Assembly: GCA_050084985.1 (NCBI GenBank)
Contig: JBITNC010000001.1
Location: 52,514,001-52,578,000, forward strand
DNA length: 64,000 bases
Source of the DNA: Nageia nagi
Taxonomy: Eukaryota > Plantae > Pinophyta
Direction: 5' to 3'
Shown here in pieces: positions 1 through 13,568 of the stretch. The first letter of the stretch is position 1. Every line of letters begins with the position of its first letter. Both the position numbers and the translations under genes were made by a program. A model generated the notes under the pieces. It did no database searches and was not told the origin of the DNA. It was given only the letters and a program-made list of their open reading frames with translations.

Positions 1-1326
1 GGAAGAGACAGGATGATGGCTTTAGTCTCAAGAAGATATTATTGGCCAAACATGTTCAAGGATGTGGAAAGCTATGTGAGAAGATACCTATTGTGCCAAC
101 AAGATAAGAGTGTGAGGAAACAACTAGCAAGTTTACTTCAACCTCTCCCAATACCAGTTAGACCTTGGGTGAGTGTCAGCATGGACTTTATTACTAGCCT
201 ACCAAAGGTGCGAGGATATACCAACATTATGGTAGTGGTTGATAGACTTTCTAAGTATGCAACATTCATCCCGTGTAAGTATCCATGCGAGGAAACAACT
301 GGTAGCTGAATACTTTTTAAGCATGTTGTGAAGTATTGGGGGATACCATTGAACATTATGTCACACAAGGATGCTCGGTTCACTAGTAACTTTTGGTCGA
401 AGTTATTCAAAATAATGGGCACAAAGTTGTTTCTATCCACAAGTCATCACCTGCAGATTGACGGCCAGACAGAGAGGATAAATGGGATTTTGGAAGAATA
501 CTTGAGACACTATGTGACTTCAGACCAAACAAACTGGCCTAACCTCCTAGACATTGCTCAGTTTAGTTATAATAGCCAGAAGTCATCCTCGAGTAAGTAT
601 ACACCATTTGAGTTGCCATGGTAGGCAACCAATTGCTCCTCACATGGTGGTACTAGAATACTATAGCACTTGCCCATAGGCAACTCAGTACTTGGAGGAT
701 TGGAAAGTGAGGATAGATGCAGCATGAGAGTTCCTACTGCAAGCTCAGGAAAGAATGCAAAAAAATGTAAATCAGAGGAGATGGGAGCTAGAGTTCAAGG
801 TTGGGGACTTGGTATTTTTGAGAATTGATGGAGACCACTTTAAGCCTACACCAGGAACATCAAAGTCTCTCACTAGGAGATATGAGGGGCCATTCAAAGT
901 GATTAAATGAATTGGCAAAGTGGCGTATAAAATCTAGTTACCAAGTCATCTACACATACATGATGTTTTTCATGTCAGCCAGCTGAGGCCATGTGTGGAA
1001 GATCTGGAGAATCCTAGAGGATGGTTCCCACTCACCCTCCTACCGGTATCATCGACAGACCATAGAATACAGTGAAAGAGATTAAGGGCATCGAACAAGG
1101 GGTTTTGGTAAGATTAAGAAAATTGAGTACCTTGTTGGATGGGAAGGTGAAACCATTAAAAATGAAACATGGGAAAGAGCAAAAGCTTATGGAACTTCGA
1201 GGACAAAATCTAAGAGTTCCTAGCTGAAGGCCATGAAAAATATTGGTGGCATGACTAGCACCAACTAGTTTCCAGAGACCCATTCATCCCTTCGAGGTAC
1301 ATTATTGATGAGTCATCAACATCTTT
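1..1326 (+). pseudogene. Ty3/Gypsy chromovirus (Galadriel-like) integrase + chromodomain, 3' end of a decayed pol
   Basis: ORFs 13-309 and 328-624 give YYWPNM..CQQDK..LLQPLPIPVRPWVSVSMDFITSLP..VVVDRLSKYATF and DGQTERIN. Downstream frames read YEGPFKVI..GKVAYK..HDVFHVSQLRP (GPY/F) and EYLVGWEG..ETWE..LWNF (chromodomain). Several stops and frameshifts. The Galadriel call rests on the GTGGGGGAGAA-TGT end. Confidence 0.9.
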
Positions 1327-1750
1327 AAGTGGGGGAGAATGTGAGAGGGTCGCCTCTCTCAGGGTGGGTGAGTGTATAGAGCGTAACCTCTAGTACACAG
1401 GGATCCATTCCGATCCAACTATCATGCTTAGGAAACCATGGTGGATAAGGTTATGAGTCCATTCCTATGGTTGGACTAGGTGACATGGATGGGCGAATAA
1501 AGCTTAGGGGACCTTAGGGGTGATACCCATTTGAAGGTCACTGGTTGGGTGGTGAGCACCAGGCACTCTGGTAACTATGACAAACTGGTCTGATGCTCCA
1601 AGGGGTCAGACCAACTCTAGAGGCATGAGGCCTCGAGCAGTATGCAACTACAGATTTGATGGTTAGGCAGAGCTAGCTAGACGTGCAAGTCATGCCGTGC
1701 AGGTTGTACCCCAGCCTAAGTACCATGCCATCTATGATGGTGCCTGGTGG
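1327..1750 (+). mobile_element. PPT (1327-1339) and start of the chromovirus 3' LTR (TG at 1340); right end not resolved
   Basis: AAGTGGGGGAGAA is directly followed by TGTGAGAGGG after the chromodomain. No clear CA end or TSD was found; composition changes at about 1750. Confidence 0.65.
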
Positions 1751-2919
1751 TATAAAAAATTAAATGAACCTAATTAAATGGAAGGGGCAAATTTTTTGAA
1801 CAGTAGAGACAATGCAAAAAAAATTGCATAGAGTTTAGGAGCAAAGGGGGTAACAAGGAGCAAAGGGTGGAACATATTTTTTCTTAGAACTCAAAAATAT
1901 CTACACGTTCTAGGAGCAAAGGGCAGAGCGAAGGGAGGTGGAGTCAATTGTGAGGGCCTAGAGGAGGGAGAAGGTAAGGTCGGCCTTAGAAACTAGTTGT
2001 GCAAGAGAAAATCTAGATCAAACACCTTTTCCTCTATCCTCAAAGTAAGTGAAAAAAATATGCTAGTGAAAAGGTGGAGGTCAAAAGAGCACTGTGAGGG
2101 TACAATGCTAATTAGAACAAACCAAGCAACAATACATTGAACGGAAGAAAAAAATAATGGCAATGGGAGACAAATGAGTAGAGCCATGGGTGAATGATAG
2201 GCTATGGAAGAGCAAATCCACAGGCGAATGATGGGTGGTAGAGGGTAGATCGTAGTTTTTTTTTATTTCAGTTTCCAAGCCCGTAAGGGCCTTTTTAAAC
2301 ATGCAGGATCTCCCTTTTTAAAAAAAAGCTACGAGGGCGTTTTTCAAAGGCTTGCAAGGATCTTCAAGACAAGAGACCCCCTTCTATTACTCTTGAAATT
2401 TTTTTTTGTTGTTCTTTTTTAATAAAAACATGTATATTGTAAGAATATTACCATGTAATGTATTAGCAATAAATTTTATGTTTCTCTTTAAAAAAAAAAA
2501 AAGCCTTTTTTTTAATAAAAATATGTATATTATAAAAAGGATTACAATGTAAAAGTAAGAAAAATAATTGTGAAAAAATTATAATAATAATTTTTGTGCA
2601 TAATTACAATAAACATTTTTTTTAAATATCAATATTTTTTATTTCAAGCTAATAAATTATAGCAATATATTAAACATCTTTTGTAACTAACTTAAAAAAA
2701 TGTTGTTAAAAGATTACATAACAATATATTGCTAAATTTAAGCATGTTTTGTAAAGGAAATAGACTAACACATAATATAAAATATGATAGTAAATAAGAT
2801 ACAAAGAAGAGGAAGGTTAATCCTTTGAAGTATTTTTACCTCTCAATAGAGTGAAGGATAAAGAATGAGGACCTCCAAGTTGCTGAAGAAGAGCTTCCGC
2901 ACCAAGCTTTGATACCAAA
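1751..2919 (-). mobile_element. 5' leader and PBS of a Copia-like element related to the Copia at 38182
   Basis: Minus strand reads ..CCTTCA-TT-TGGTATCAAAGCTTGGTGCGGAAGCTC (tRNA-Met PBS 2906-2917), matching CCTTCA-AT-TGGTATCAGAGCTTGGTGTGAAAGCTC at 38666-38700. The next ~150 bp are also alignable. Confidence 0.8.
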
Positions 2920-3307
2920 TGAAGGATTTGGACTATAAAGAATACAATCTTAAATGCCAAGATTATATGAAATCCCTCTCAATCAACAAAATACTAAAGC
3001 ATAAGTAATCTTACAAAATAGATCAATAATAAAGTGCTTCCTCTAACTAGGAGTACATCCACTAACTAGATCTTATACTTTCACAAATATAACTCTCCTA
3101 CAATCCTCTTAACTTCATCTCCTAAACACTATCCTATGATCACAAATAGGGGTATTCTATTTATAGGCCAAAATCTCTCTTTAGATCACCCTTTTAACCA
3201 ATATACAAAAGCATGACATGCAACTCCCTTTAACCCAAGGGGCATGCTCATAACATGGAAGTGTAGGATAAATTACATTATCATATTCACTTAAATACTT
3301 AAGGTAT
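2920..3307 (-). repeat. Copia-like 5' LTR, 3' part (interrupted at 3307)
   Basis: Ends ..CCTTCA next to the PBS. Contains a minus-strand CCTATAAATAG TATA motif near 3157-3167. Continues at 21928-22009 after the insertion. Confidence 0.8.
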
Positions 3308-4282
3308 TATGAGTATCAAAAATTATGCAATGGGATCTTCTGAATACTACTCTGCAACATCTAAAATGTTGCTTGATATTGATATGCTAAATGAATGGAT
3401 GGATGTTTAAACCTACAACAAAACCTGCAAGAAAATAAGTGTTAGTAGGGATCTCAACATTCTAGTCCCTTAAGACCCAAAAATGTACTCAAAAGAGGTA
3501 TAAAACCTCCTTGATTAACTATAGATCCCTCATCCAATAATCAAATGGATGACAGAAATAAGGATATGCCTAGAATGCAGTGTGATATGCCTATGCTATT
3601 CTAAACAAGATCAAGTAGTAAAAAGAAACTAAACTAGCATGAATCCAGCTTAGAAATACACTACATGCATACACAAATACATAAAAATATTATTTATATA
3701 AGGATAAATGCTCCAATGGCAATTTGATGTGCTCTCCAAGATAGCTCCAATACCTACAAGAAAGATCAAGAAATGTCCCTATGCTTTGGTTCAGATTTTG
3801 CATGGTTAAGTAGGCTTGGCTAATTCAAAGTTACATGGCTGGAAGAGCTTCAGTTGGCTAGAGAGTTCAAAGTTGGAGAGAGTTAAAACTTGCCAAGGGA
3901 GGGATTCTTAGTTGGAATGGATGTTGATTCATCTGGTAGACCCCTCCCAAGTCAAAAGGTGGTAGACTGAATGACTAATTATTTTGCCATGCATGTTCAT
4001 ATGCCACTTTTATTTTGGTTGTGTGTGGGAGCAAGACTATTTTTCATGTTTTGAAAGTTTAATTTTACATAGGGCCAACTAGTGGGCTCATTAGGATTTA
4101 ATCCTAACCAATCAGCCAGCTAACTAACCTCTCTAACCGATGGACCAACTAGATGATCTCCCTAATCAATGCATTGATTAGTTTCAGGGGTGACAAAGTG
4201 GTAACAAGGCTTAAGTTACCAAAAATAGACTGGGATGAATGATGAACAACCATAAAGGATGATGGGTGACCATAAGATACAA
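3308..4282 (-). repeat. LTR copy A (3' LTR; its 5'-most ~50 bp, the PPT and ~0.5 kb of internal sequence are deleted)
   Basis: Aligns to 13569-14545, then jumps to sequence equivalent to ~15090. Confidence 0.85.
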
Positions 4283-7200
4283 GCTGCAATGATACGATAA
4301 GCTGATACGATGGACTAACCACAACACATGAATCAGTTAGGATGAGAGCTAGTTTTGGCATATGATAGGTTGTGTAAGATTATCCTACTGAAATGTCATC
4401 GATGGAATAAATGTAAAACATGACATATGATACATGAAAAATAATTCTACTTTTCCCCAATAGTTGAAAGGTTACTATGATACAACTAGGATGAGAGCTA
4501 GTTTTGATGCATGATAAATGATTCTGCTTTGCCCCAATAGTCAAAGGGAAACTATGATACATTCAGGATGAGAGTTGGTTTTGATGCATAATAGGCCATA
4601 TAAGATCATCCTAAGAATAGCATCATGGTGGAACAATCATCTTAACAAAATATGATACATGCCAAATGATTTTGCTTTTCCCTAACACTTGAAAGGTGAA
4701 GATGACTAGTCAGGATGAGAGCTAGTTTTAGCGCATGATAGGCCATATAAGATAATCCTGAACATCATAAAATCCAATGAAGTCTACTTTTGATGTATGA
4801 TAGGTTGTATAATACTGAATTGGACCTCATTATTAAGGCTTAATTATCAAGGTGGGACAAACTTGACAAAATGCATATGAATCTAATCTACCTATTCTAA
4901 TCTAATGCAAAAAGTGAAATGATCTTTGCTTTGCCCCAATAGTTAAAGGGAATGTTAATAAACATGGTTAATCATTGGTAAATTGTTAATTGACTGACCA
5001 TGATACAATAAGCTCAAAGATAAAAGACAATTATGGTGGGAGATGAGTAAATGTTGTCCTAACCCATAATCTTCATTACTGGATGATCGCCAAAGGAGGA
5101 GTAGGCTCTAGTATTAACTCGCATGATGATAGGATATGCAAGATAAATAAGACATATAATGATAAATGATTAGTGATGGAGGATAAGCCACCAAATTACC
5201 AAGACTAGGATTACAATTGAGACTAATTACAATCGAAATGATAGAGACTACGACCACAGGTGAGACTAAGGTAGTCACATGATAGGGACTACGATCATTA
5301 ATGGGATAAATAGCCAAAGGATAGAGACTATGATCATGGGTATATATAAATGGATGGATGATAAAGACTATGATCACATGTGGGATATAAATAATAACAT
5401 AATAGAGGCTACAAAGATAATTAAACAAAAATGACCACAACCACAACTAAAATTAAATTGATGAGAAATAGCTTAAGACTTGATAGGATGATAGTTTCAA
5501 GCTTGAAAAGATTATTATATGATGGATTTATTAAATTTAAATTCAAATGATGACTAATCTGCTAACCAATAGACTAGTTAGGGATTGGATAATTATAGAT
5601 AAAGAAGAAGACACCGATTTTAGGAAACTGGTTAAAACTAAAATGCTATCGATCATGTGAATACGATCAAATTAGATGATAGCTTGATAAGGTTATGATT
5701 GAAAAAAAAAGGGGATCACACTACTCACAAGAGACCAAATAAAGATACTCATGATAGCAAAAATAGAATTGGCAACATGGCAAGAAGGGGATAAATGTTT
5801 GAACAAAATAAATCAAGTGTCACGACAGGATAGGGATAACAAAACATACATGAAAATCAAATAAACAACATGATAAAACATAGATAAATAATATGATCAT
5901 ATAAAATGATAAAATTCATCCACACTAAGATAAGAATGGAAGAAAGATAATACATTATTAAAATGTCCATCGACATGCTCGGATGGATAGAAAATAGAAT
6001 GATAAATACAAAATAGGAAAAATGCCAACACTGACCAAGATGACAATCCTATTGATAAGCCCAAATGGATGATGAGAAAAAAGAAAAAGATAAATACCAT
6101 GCTAAACCATTGATAGGGTTGAGAGAGCTAGAACCAAAGCTATTAGGTTCATAGGTAGGCGAGCTCGACGGGTTGACAGGCGAGCTAGGCTATTTGAAGA
6201 GGGCCACACACATGATGGGTAGGAAGCGGCACATGATGTTGAAGTATGGGTAAAATATCCATTGATCATTATTATGAACCAACTATGTCTAAAAGGTCAA
6301 ATACTAATGCTGATCATGGTGCTATACTATGTGTGCGATGGTGACCAAATGGTAGCATTCCTCAAGATGAAGTGCCTATGGACAAGCAAAGTGTAGGGAG
6401 TGAAACATGAGCATGTTCCACAGGTAGTAAAGGATGATCTTCCACATCTAGTATGAGAATAGACAAGGTATAGGATGATGCATAGATGATCAACATCATC
6501 TAACTGATGAATGAAGAGGATGGCATACTAGTGATGAATACTATCTATCCAAATGCATATGATGCCAAGGTAGAGGGTAGTCTACAATGTGAGGTAGGCA
6601 CACTGAATGACTTGCCCATGAATCTAATAGCAATCAAGCAAGATAGAAGAGGAATAAATAATAGAATCATAACTAATAGATTGAAAAGGATGACATAGAT
6701 GAAGGGGAAGAATAGAAGATATCAAGAAACTATCAAAGTTACCCAAAAGAGGCTAAAGATAAATGACAAAGATAAGGTGATGAGAGAACATATAATATCA
6801 TAAAGCAATTCAAATCATCGATCATCGATGAATATGAATGAAGTGTATTAAATGATAGCAATATGGAATACATATGGGATTATACACTTAACCATTTGAC
6901 TAAATGGTAAAGGAGAATAAACATGTAATCTTAATAAATGGATATGATATGAAAAATGATTATTTATTTTATTAAAAATAAAAATTGATTCCCACCAATA
7001 AACCTAGATGGTTGGAAAATGCAAAAAGAAAGATTCCCATTGACAATCCTAGTGGGTTGCCATGATGGTGCATCCAACACACGATCGAGTGACTAATCAT
7101 TTGAGTTAGATGAGTTGACATCATCACCAGAAGAGCTAGAGTTGAGCGACTCCAGCTGAAGAAGCAACTAATATGATAATGGTGGGAAGTGACACATGAA

Positions 7201-9068
7201 GGAGAAGTGGTGATATGCCACATCAAATAAGATGGAATGAATAAGTAGATGACCACTATATTCAATACTGACATATTGACAAGAAATAATGACTATATCA
7301 AAGTGCTCCCATAGATGAAGAGTCATCAAGTTAGTGTAACACACAAACTATAGTAGGAAGGGATTGAATGGGGTGCACACCATGATGACTCAAAAGCAAT
7401 AGAAATAAGCAAACATGATTAGCATGCTCAAGTCAATGTACCATGTAAGTCTCAAAGTAATTTTCAAGTTGCTTATGAATGAATGCAAGTCACTATCATG
7501 ATAGGGACTTAGCAGCAGATGTGACATGAAGGGCCAAGATTGTACAATATCAATGGTACATGATGAGGTTTGAAGCTCACTTAGGAGGGAAAGGAAGTGA
7601 AAGAGATCCATGATATGATGAATAATTATAGGAATAAAATGCAAGAAAAGAAAAGGGATGAAGAGAATAAGCTATGATAAACATAGGGGATGCACAACAT
7701 TATATACACTCAAAAAGATGCAGAGTGGTCCAAGCGATAATGATGGCAACAAAGGTAAATGAATAAAAAGAATGATCAAGATGAGAGATTCGTAGAAGTG
7801 AAAATCTTGTACTAACATGTAGGGTTGAATGATTGTGGTTTAAAAGGTCATAAGAAATTATGGAGGAAAAAGTGATGCAATATGCACGTAGTGACTGGAT
7901 AGGAATGTAATGATGATGACATTAATGGTAATGCATAAAAGGTAAATTAATGGATAGGACATAATGATGGGTACATGCATAGTGGCTATATGAATTATCA
8001 AGATGAGATGGTGAATAGACACATGGAAATAAGATAGATGATGAATATGGAATAATGAATAAGTGCATGGAAACACTGTGCGACCCTTAATGGTTATCAT
8101 GGCTATTAAATGGGACATAGTACATGAGAAGAATGTAGAGGATATACTGACTGATCATGGATCTAATAGAGCACTAGTGGAACCAAATCCATAGAGTAAT
8201 AAATAATGCCAGAGGGTCTACAAGTGGAAGAGGTGACAAAGATAAGGTCAAATACATATGAGGTACTCCTATGAATGCAGGCAAAGAGACACAAGGATGG
8301 ATTGAAGTAGAGAATATATACTTGCACCAAGAACTAGCTAAAGCGAAGAGAGAAGCAAAGATACTAACATAGAAATACAACATGCTATGGAGAGAGAATA
8401 TCATGTGCATGCAGTCTTGGATAGAGCTCATGGCTAAACAAGACAAACTGATAGCAAAAAAGGAGGCAATGACTATAAAAGTTCAAGATATGGAACAAAA
8501 GCTAAAATGCAACTTTTACAACACTCATAATGATCTATGTCAAAACAAGGAGCAATGGAAGAGGAGAGGCAACATATATGATAACATCCTCTTACACCAT
8601 GGAATCCATGTTCTAAGGTCAACATTGGATTCCTTGGAATTGGATGAGACAACTATGCATTCTACTGAGGAGAACAATGATAAATGATAAAAATAATGAA
8701 TGAAAAAAATGATAAATGATAAATAATAAAATGATAAAAATGACTTCTTATTTGCCCTAGCATATGAAGGGAAATATGATCATAGGTACACAGAATTACC
8801 AAGCATATAGCCAATGCTCGCACAAAAAGATAAAAGATACATGATCTCTACTTTTCCGTAGTAGCTAAAGGGTGAAGGTGATTGTAGGTACGTAGACCTA
8901 CCGAGCGTATAGCATATGCTCGTATAAAAAGATAAATGATGCATGATCTTTGCTTTGCCCTAGTAGCTAAAGGAGAAATGATTGAACGTATCCATAGCAC
9001 ATATGCATATGATGCTCGTACAAAAATGAAAAATGATGCACAAAAAAAGAAGGCACAATGTACGATAG

Positions 9069-9590
9069 TGTGACAAGGATGTAATCACATGAGGAAAGGA
9101 TAAGGATAGGTTGATGGTGTGATGGGGACACATCACACAAAACTATAATACAAAGGATATGACAAGAACAAAAAGGTAGTGTGATGAGGACACACATCAC
9201 ACGAGAGGAAAAAAATATGTGATGAGGTCACACATCACATAAAGGAAAAATGTTGAAGGGATTAACATGATAGTGTGACAAAGAAAAATGTCACATAGAA
9301 GAATACTATAGTGTAAATGACATGATTGAATGATGATATGATGAGGAAATACATCACACAAGGAGACAAAGACAAAGGAATGACTCGATGAGAGGATGGT
9401 GTGATGAGGATACATGTCACACAGGAGGACAAGATAGAGATGAACATGATGGGTTGACGGTATGATGAGGAAACACATCATACGAATAATAATGCTAAAG
9501 AGGACATACCAAAGATGAACATGTTGGGTTGATAATGTGATGAAGACACACATCACACAAGAGGACAAATGACTAAGTAGGATGGTATGA
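9069..9590. repeat. Array of ~9 palindromic units TGTGA(T/C)GAGGANACA(CA/TG)TCACA with variable spacers
   Basis: Units start near 9069, 9118, 9180, 9218, 9274, 9337, 9400, 9461 and 9536. The array is duplicated at ~20440-20960. Confidence 0.85.
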
Positions 9591-9761
9591 TATATGATAA
9601 AGATGATGACTATTATCACTTAGCAAGTAGAAGGTGGGTTAACTTGAGAGCGATGTAGATGATGTCTAGAGGTAGATTATTTTGAGAGCAAATTTGACCT
9701 AAGAATGGGGCTAACTTCCATGCATGTTCAAGAATATTCTTACTTCATTACAGACCAAAAT

Positions 9762-9886
9762 ATAATATCTAACAACCTTGATCGAAGATAATTTCTAATA
9801 TGCTCAATCAAAGATAATGTCCAACAACCTTGATCAAAGATAATATCTAGCAACCTTGATTGAAGATAATGTTCAACAGCCTTGAC
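9762..9886. repeat. ~26-bp tandem repeat, about 5 copies (GATAATATCTAGCAACCTTGATCGAA-like)
   Basis: Visible directly in the sequence. Confidence 0.75.
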
Positions 9887-10429
9887 ACAGATGAGGACTA
9901 AGAGTGGAGCAACAAAATGATAAGTACAAGATGATGATAAAGGATAACAATGACACAATGATACAATGGCTTACACATGAACAAAATAAGATAAAAATAA
10001 AAATGCAACAAAGTCTGACATGACAAGATAGAAAAGAAAAGATAATACAAGATGATGAAGAGAAGAAAAATAAGACAAGGTGATGATATGTCAAGGATTC
10101 ATGATACACAAAAGGACCATGCTAAGGGATGTTTTGATTGTAGTCTCATGGATATACCAAGCATATTCATAGCATGTAGTAATATGATGCTTGTATAAAG
10201 GATAATGATAAAATGATAGATGACTTTTGCTTTATCCCAGTAGATGAAGGGAATGATTATCATTTCGCAAACCTACCAAGTGTACACATGCATACAATGC
10301 ATGCACCAAAATGAATATGATGATTATAAACATGCTTAACTTAACCAAAGACAAAATGATGATTACTATCAAGGATGGACACATGTCTAATCCCTCATAC
10401 AACAAAAGTGATGATAAACTTGCTTACGA

Positions 10430-12291
10430 TGCTTGATGTTTTGATCATGATTTTGGCAAGTGATTGTTGACTATTTTAATTATTGATTGGATTATGTGTT
10501 TGGTTCTTATGTTGATATTAGCCCATTATTGATAAGATCTTGAATCTCATTCTTCAATCACATACATAGATTGTTTTCATGTCCACATTGCCTATGATAA
10601 TCATAAAATGTATTTGCCTTATACCTAGGTCTTGATGATGCTTCTTGAATTTGCTTGATTGGGCATAACATCAAAGTATTTATTCATAATAATGTTGGTA
10701 ATATGTTTCGATAAAGAGTCCCCCAAAGGAGTGAAATGTCTTCTCATCCTTGGTTTGTTTGATTTTAAGATAAGTTGACAAGTTGATATTTTTTGATTGA
10801 CTTCATATGATGATTGACTTGTTGATTGATCATGATATGTTCGATTATTATCATTATGTTGTTGATATTGATCATGATTATTATCTCATAATTTGATTTT
10901 TATCAATTTGATTTTGACTTCTTCAATGAGCATTGCTTGTGATAAAACATCCTCAAAATATTTGTGTTGTTGAATTTTTAAGATAGAGGATATTTGTTTA
11001 TGACAACTATTGGTAAAGATGTTGATAAGCTCATCATGTGGCAAGGAATGTGGTAAGTTTATTTCAATTGTTCTCCATCTAGCCACATAATCTTTGATTG
11101 ACTCATCATCATGTTTATATATGCTTAGCAAGTCCATTATTGATGATCTTCTCCTTATATTGATGGTGTAGTAGTTGAGAAATTGATTGGCCAATTGTTC
11201 GAAGGACAAGATGCTATGTTATGGCAAGTGGTTATACAAATCCAAAGCTTGGTCTCCCAATGTCATAGGGAAAACTCTTAACATGAGAACATCATCATGG
11301 GCAAAGTTGTAACAAGAATATTTGAGCCACATGAGATGTTCTAAAGGATCCTCTTTCCCTATAAATTTATCTATCTTTGGCATTTTGATGTTGTAAGGAT
11401 AGACTTTGATAAGGACTAATGGATGAATTGGTTCATGAAAAATTGATCAATATGTTATCTTTGACTTACCTTGATTATTAAATTTTTATTTGATTTTATC
11501 TAATATTTTTAAGATCTTGTCATATGAAGTTGAATTTTATTCTTGATGTTGATAAGCTTATCGTATGTTATGTCCCAATGGTTAATTCCATAATGCAATG
11601 GGAACAAAATGCTTTTATTGTTGAGCCATTTGATTGGTTAATCCTTGAATTTGAATTGATGATTGATGCATGATGAAAGAAGGATAAGCACTCTTACTTT
11701 AACAAGGGTGGGAGGCCACTTGTTGAAATTTGCCTCGGACTTGACTTGAACTTCATTATGTATCCCTTGAGGAAGGGAGACAATAGTCAATCACTAAGTC
11801 ATGAGGGGAGACTAAGGACTCAGATTGCATAATATGAGACATTGATAGATTAGCATACCTAGTCAGTTGAACTTGAGGACTTGACTAACCTTGATTAGAT
11901 GTAGCAAATGATGGAGTGCTAACACAAAAAGGAGGATAGCTATGACATTAAGACACATGATAATGAAATACATGTCTAGGAGAAGAAGATGGAAAAAGGA
12001 TGGTTTGACTAACTTGAATTTGGACCATGAATTGTTCAAAGAGGTTAACTAAACCTTCTTGAACAATAGGATCATAAAAGAATTGATCCTTGATTAAAAG
12101 ATGAAGATCCTCAAACACATGTATTGACTTGATTGCACTAGCCAATTGAAAATCAAAAGGCATAGTGGCTGGACTAGATGAAGAATGATAAGAATGACAA
12201 GAAGGAGGACTAGAAACATGAGAAGGCAAAGACTCATGAGACAAAGAATGATTGATTGGACTAGAATGAAGAAGTTGACAAGGTGACTCAT
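10430..12291 (-). pseudogene. Decayed Ogre/Tat-type gag
   Basis: Minus strand: MPKIDKFIGKEDPLEHL..LRVFPMTLGDQALDLY..SFEQLANQFLNYY..DESIKDYVARWR (ORF 10886-11209, retrotransposon gag domain), then RRHFTPLGDSL..YDYHRQCGH..EIQDLINNG. The start boundary is approximate. Confidence 0.85.
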
Positions 12292-13547
12292 GATCTAGAC
12301 TTAGTGTTTAACCTTGTTCTTATTTAGATTGATTATACTTAGGGGTGTTCATTAGCCTCATGCAAGGTACAAAAGGAAAAAACAACATGGTTGATAAATC
12401 AAAGTGTCCTAAAGGTTCCAAACAATGGTAAACAAACAAACACCAAGCCTAAAATGATTTGATTTTGATTTTTGGTTTTTTTTATTTTTGATTTTTGATT
12501 TTTTATTTTGAAGATGCAATGCAAGTATGGGTTAGGCCATGGTGATGAAATCAAAGTATGGGTTAGGCCATGGTGATGAAGTCCACATTCCCTAAGCACT
12601 CCCTAGGTTTGTGATGGACTTTAATGCAAAAAGTAAATATGATGTGCAATCCTATATGATGATGCAATGCAAATAATCCCTCCAAAATTTGCTTTTCCAA
12701 ACAAAAGGGATGATTTGAAAAATAAAAACACTCCCACCCAAGGATGATAATAATTTTACTAATGCAAGAAAATAAAACTTTTTTTTTAATTTTTTTATTT
12801 TTGATGATTTTGCAAAAGCAAAAATAAGCAAATAATAACCTAGGATGCACTCAGCACATAGAACCTAGTCTAAGGCAATAATAGAAGAGAGATACTATCC
12901 TAGGGAACTCCTACTCCATGGTGCAGACCAGATAGTAGTACCAACCAATGGACTAAAAAATATCCATCCAACTAATTACAGGGTACCTAGAGAAAATATA
13001 AAAATGGATCTTAAAAATGTAAAAATAATACTATGATATACAACCCAAAAATTTAAATGTTGATAGAGGAAAGCTATCACCTAGTTACAGATCTAAAAAA
13101 GTATGACACTTGCTAAAAATGATAAAAATAAGCTCAAAAACCTAAAACATGATAGTCGATCCAACATAAATTGGTTCATAAATGGATGCTAGTTGGAAGA
13201 GAGCCAGCTAAATGTAATCAATCTACTGATGGTAACCGATCTACTAAGGTATGGCTAAGCTCTATCAAATTTGTTTGATTAGGATGTAATCAATTTGTTG
13301 AGAGTCGGCTAAAGGATAACCGATCTGCTAAGGGTTGATTGAGATTATTTTGATTCAAAGGTAAGCAATCTACAAAGGGCCAACCAAGCTTTGTTAGATT
13401 TATGATATCAAGAGTTTACTGATCTACTAAAGGTCAATTAGGCTCTATAAATCATTCTATAGTGAGCCAGCTAGTGTTTAGTGCATTTTCAGATTTCCAA
13501 GTTTGCATGATTCTATGTAGGAAGAGTGAGGGGTGTTCTCAAGGTTG

Positions 13548-13565
13548 GTCTGACTGTGATCACCA
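13548..13565 (-). promoter_or_regulatory. Primer-binding site, tRNA-Arg-like (degenerate)
   Basis: Minus strand TGGTGATCACAGT, 3 nt from the LTR end, resembles TGGCGACCACAGT. Ogre elements typically prime with tRNA-Arg. Confidence 0.65.
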
Positions 13566-13568
13566 TTT

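Noticed and set aside
2008-2050. NTFSSILKV, a PPR L-motif-like peptide on the plus strand
   Set aside because: Only about 9 residues, with no flanking PPR motifs.
4340-4760. Possible hammerhead ribozyme/retrozyme in the repeated GGATGA...TCATCC motif (also CCTGATAA..GAAAAC at ~41553)
   Set aside because: The CUGANGA core and a valid stem III with an NUH site could not be assembled by eye. An Infernal search would settle it.
9069-9590. CRISPR-like repeat-spacer appearance
   Set aside because: Eukaryotic retrotransposon context, no cas genes, degenerate repeats, and spacers vary widely in length and resemble each other (GATGAACATG..GGGTTGA recurs).
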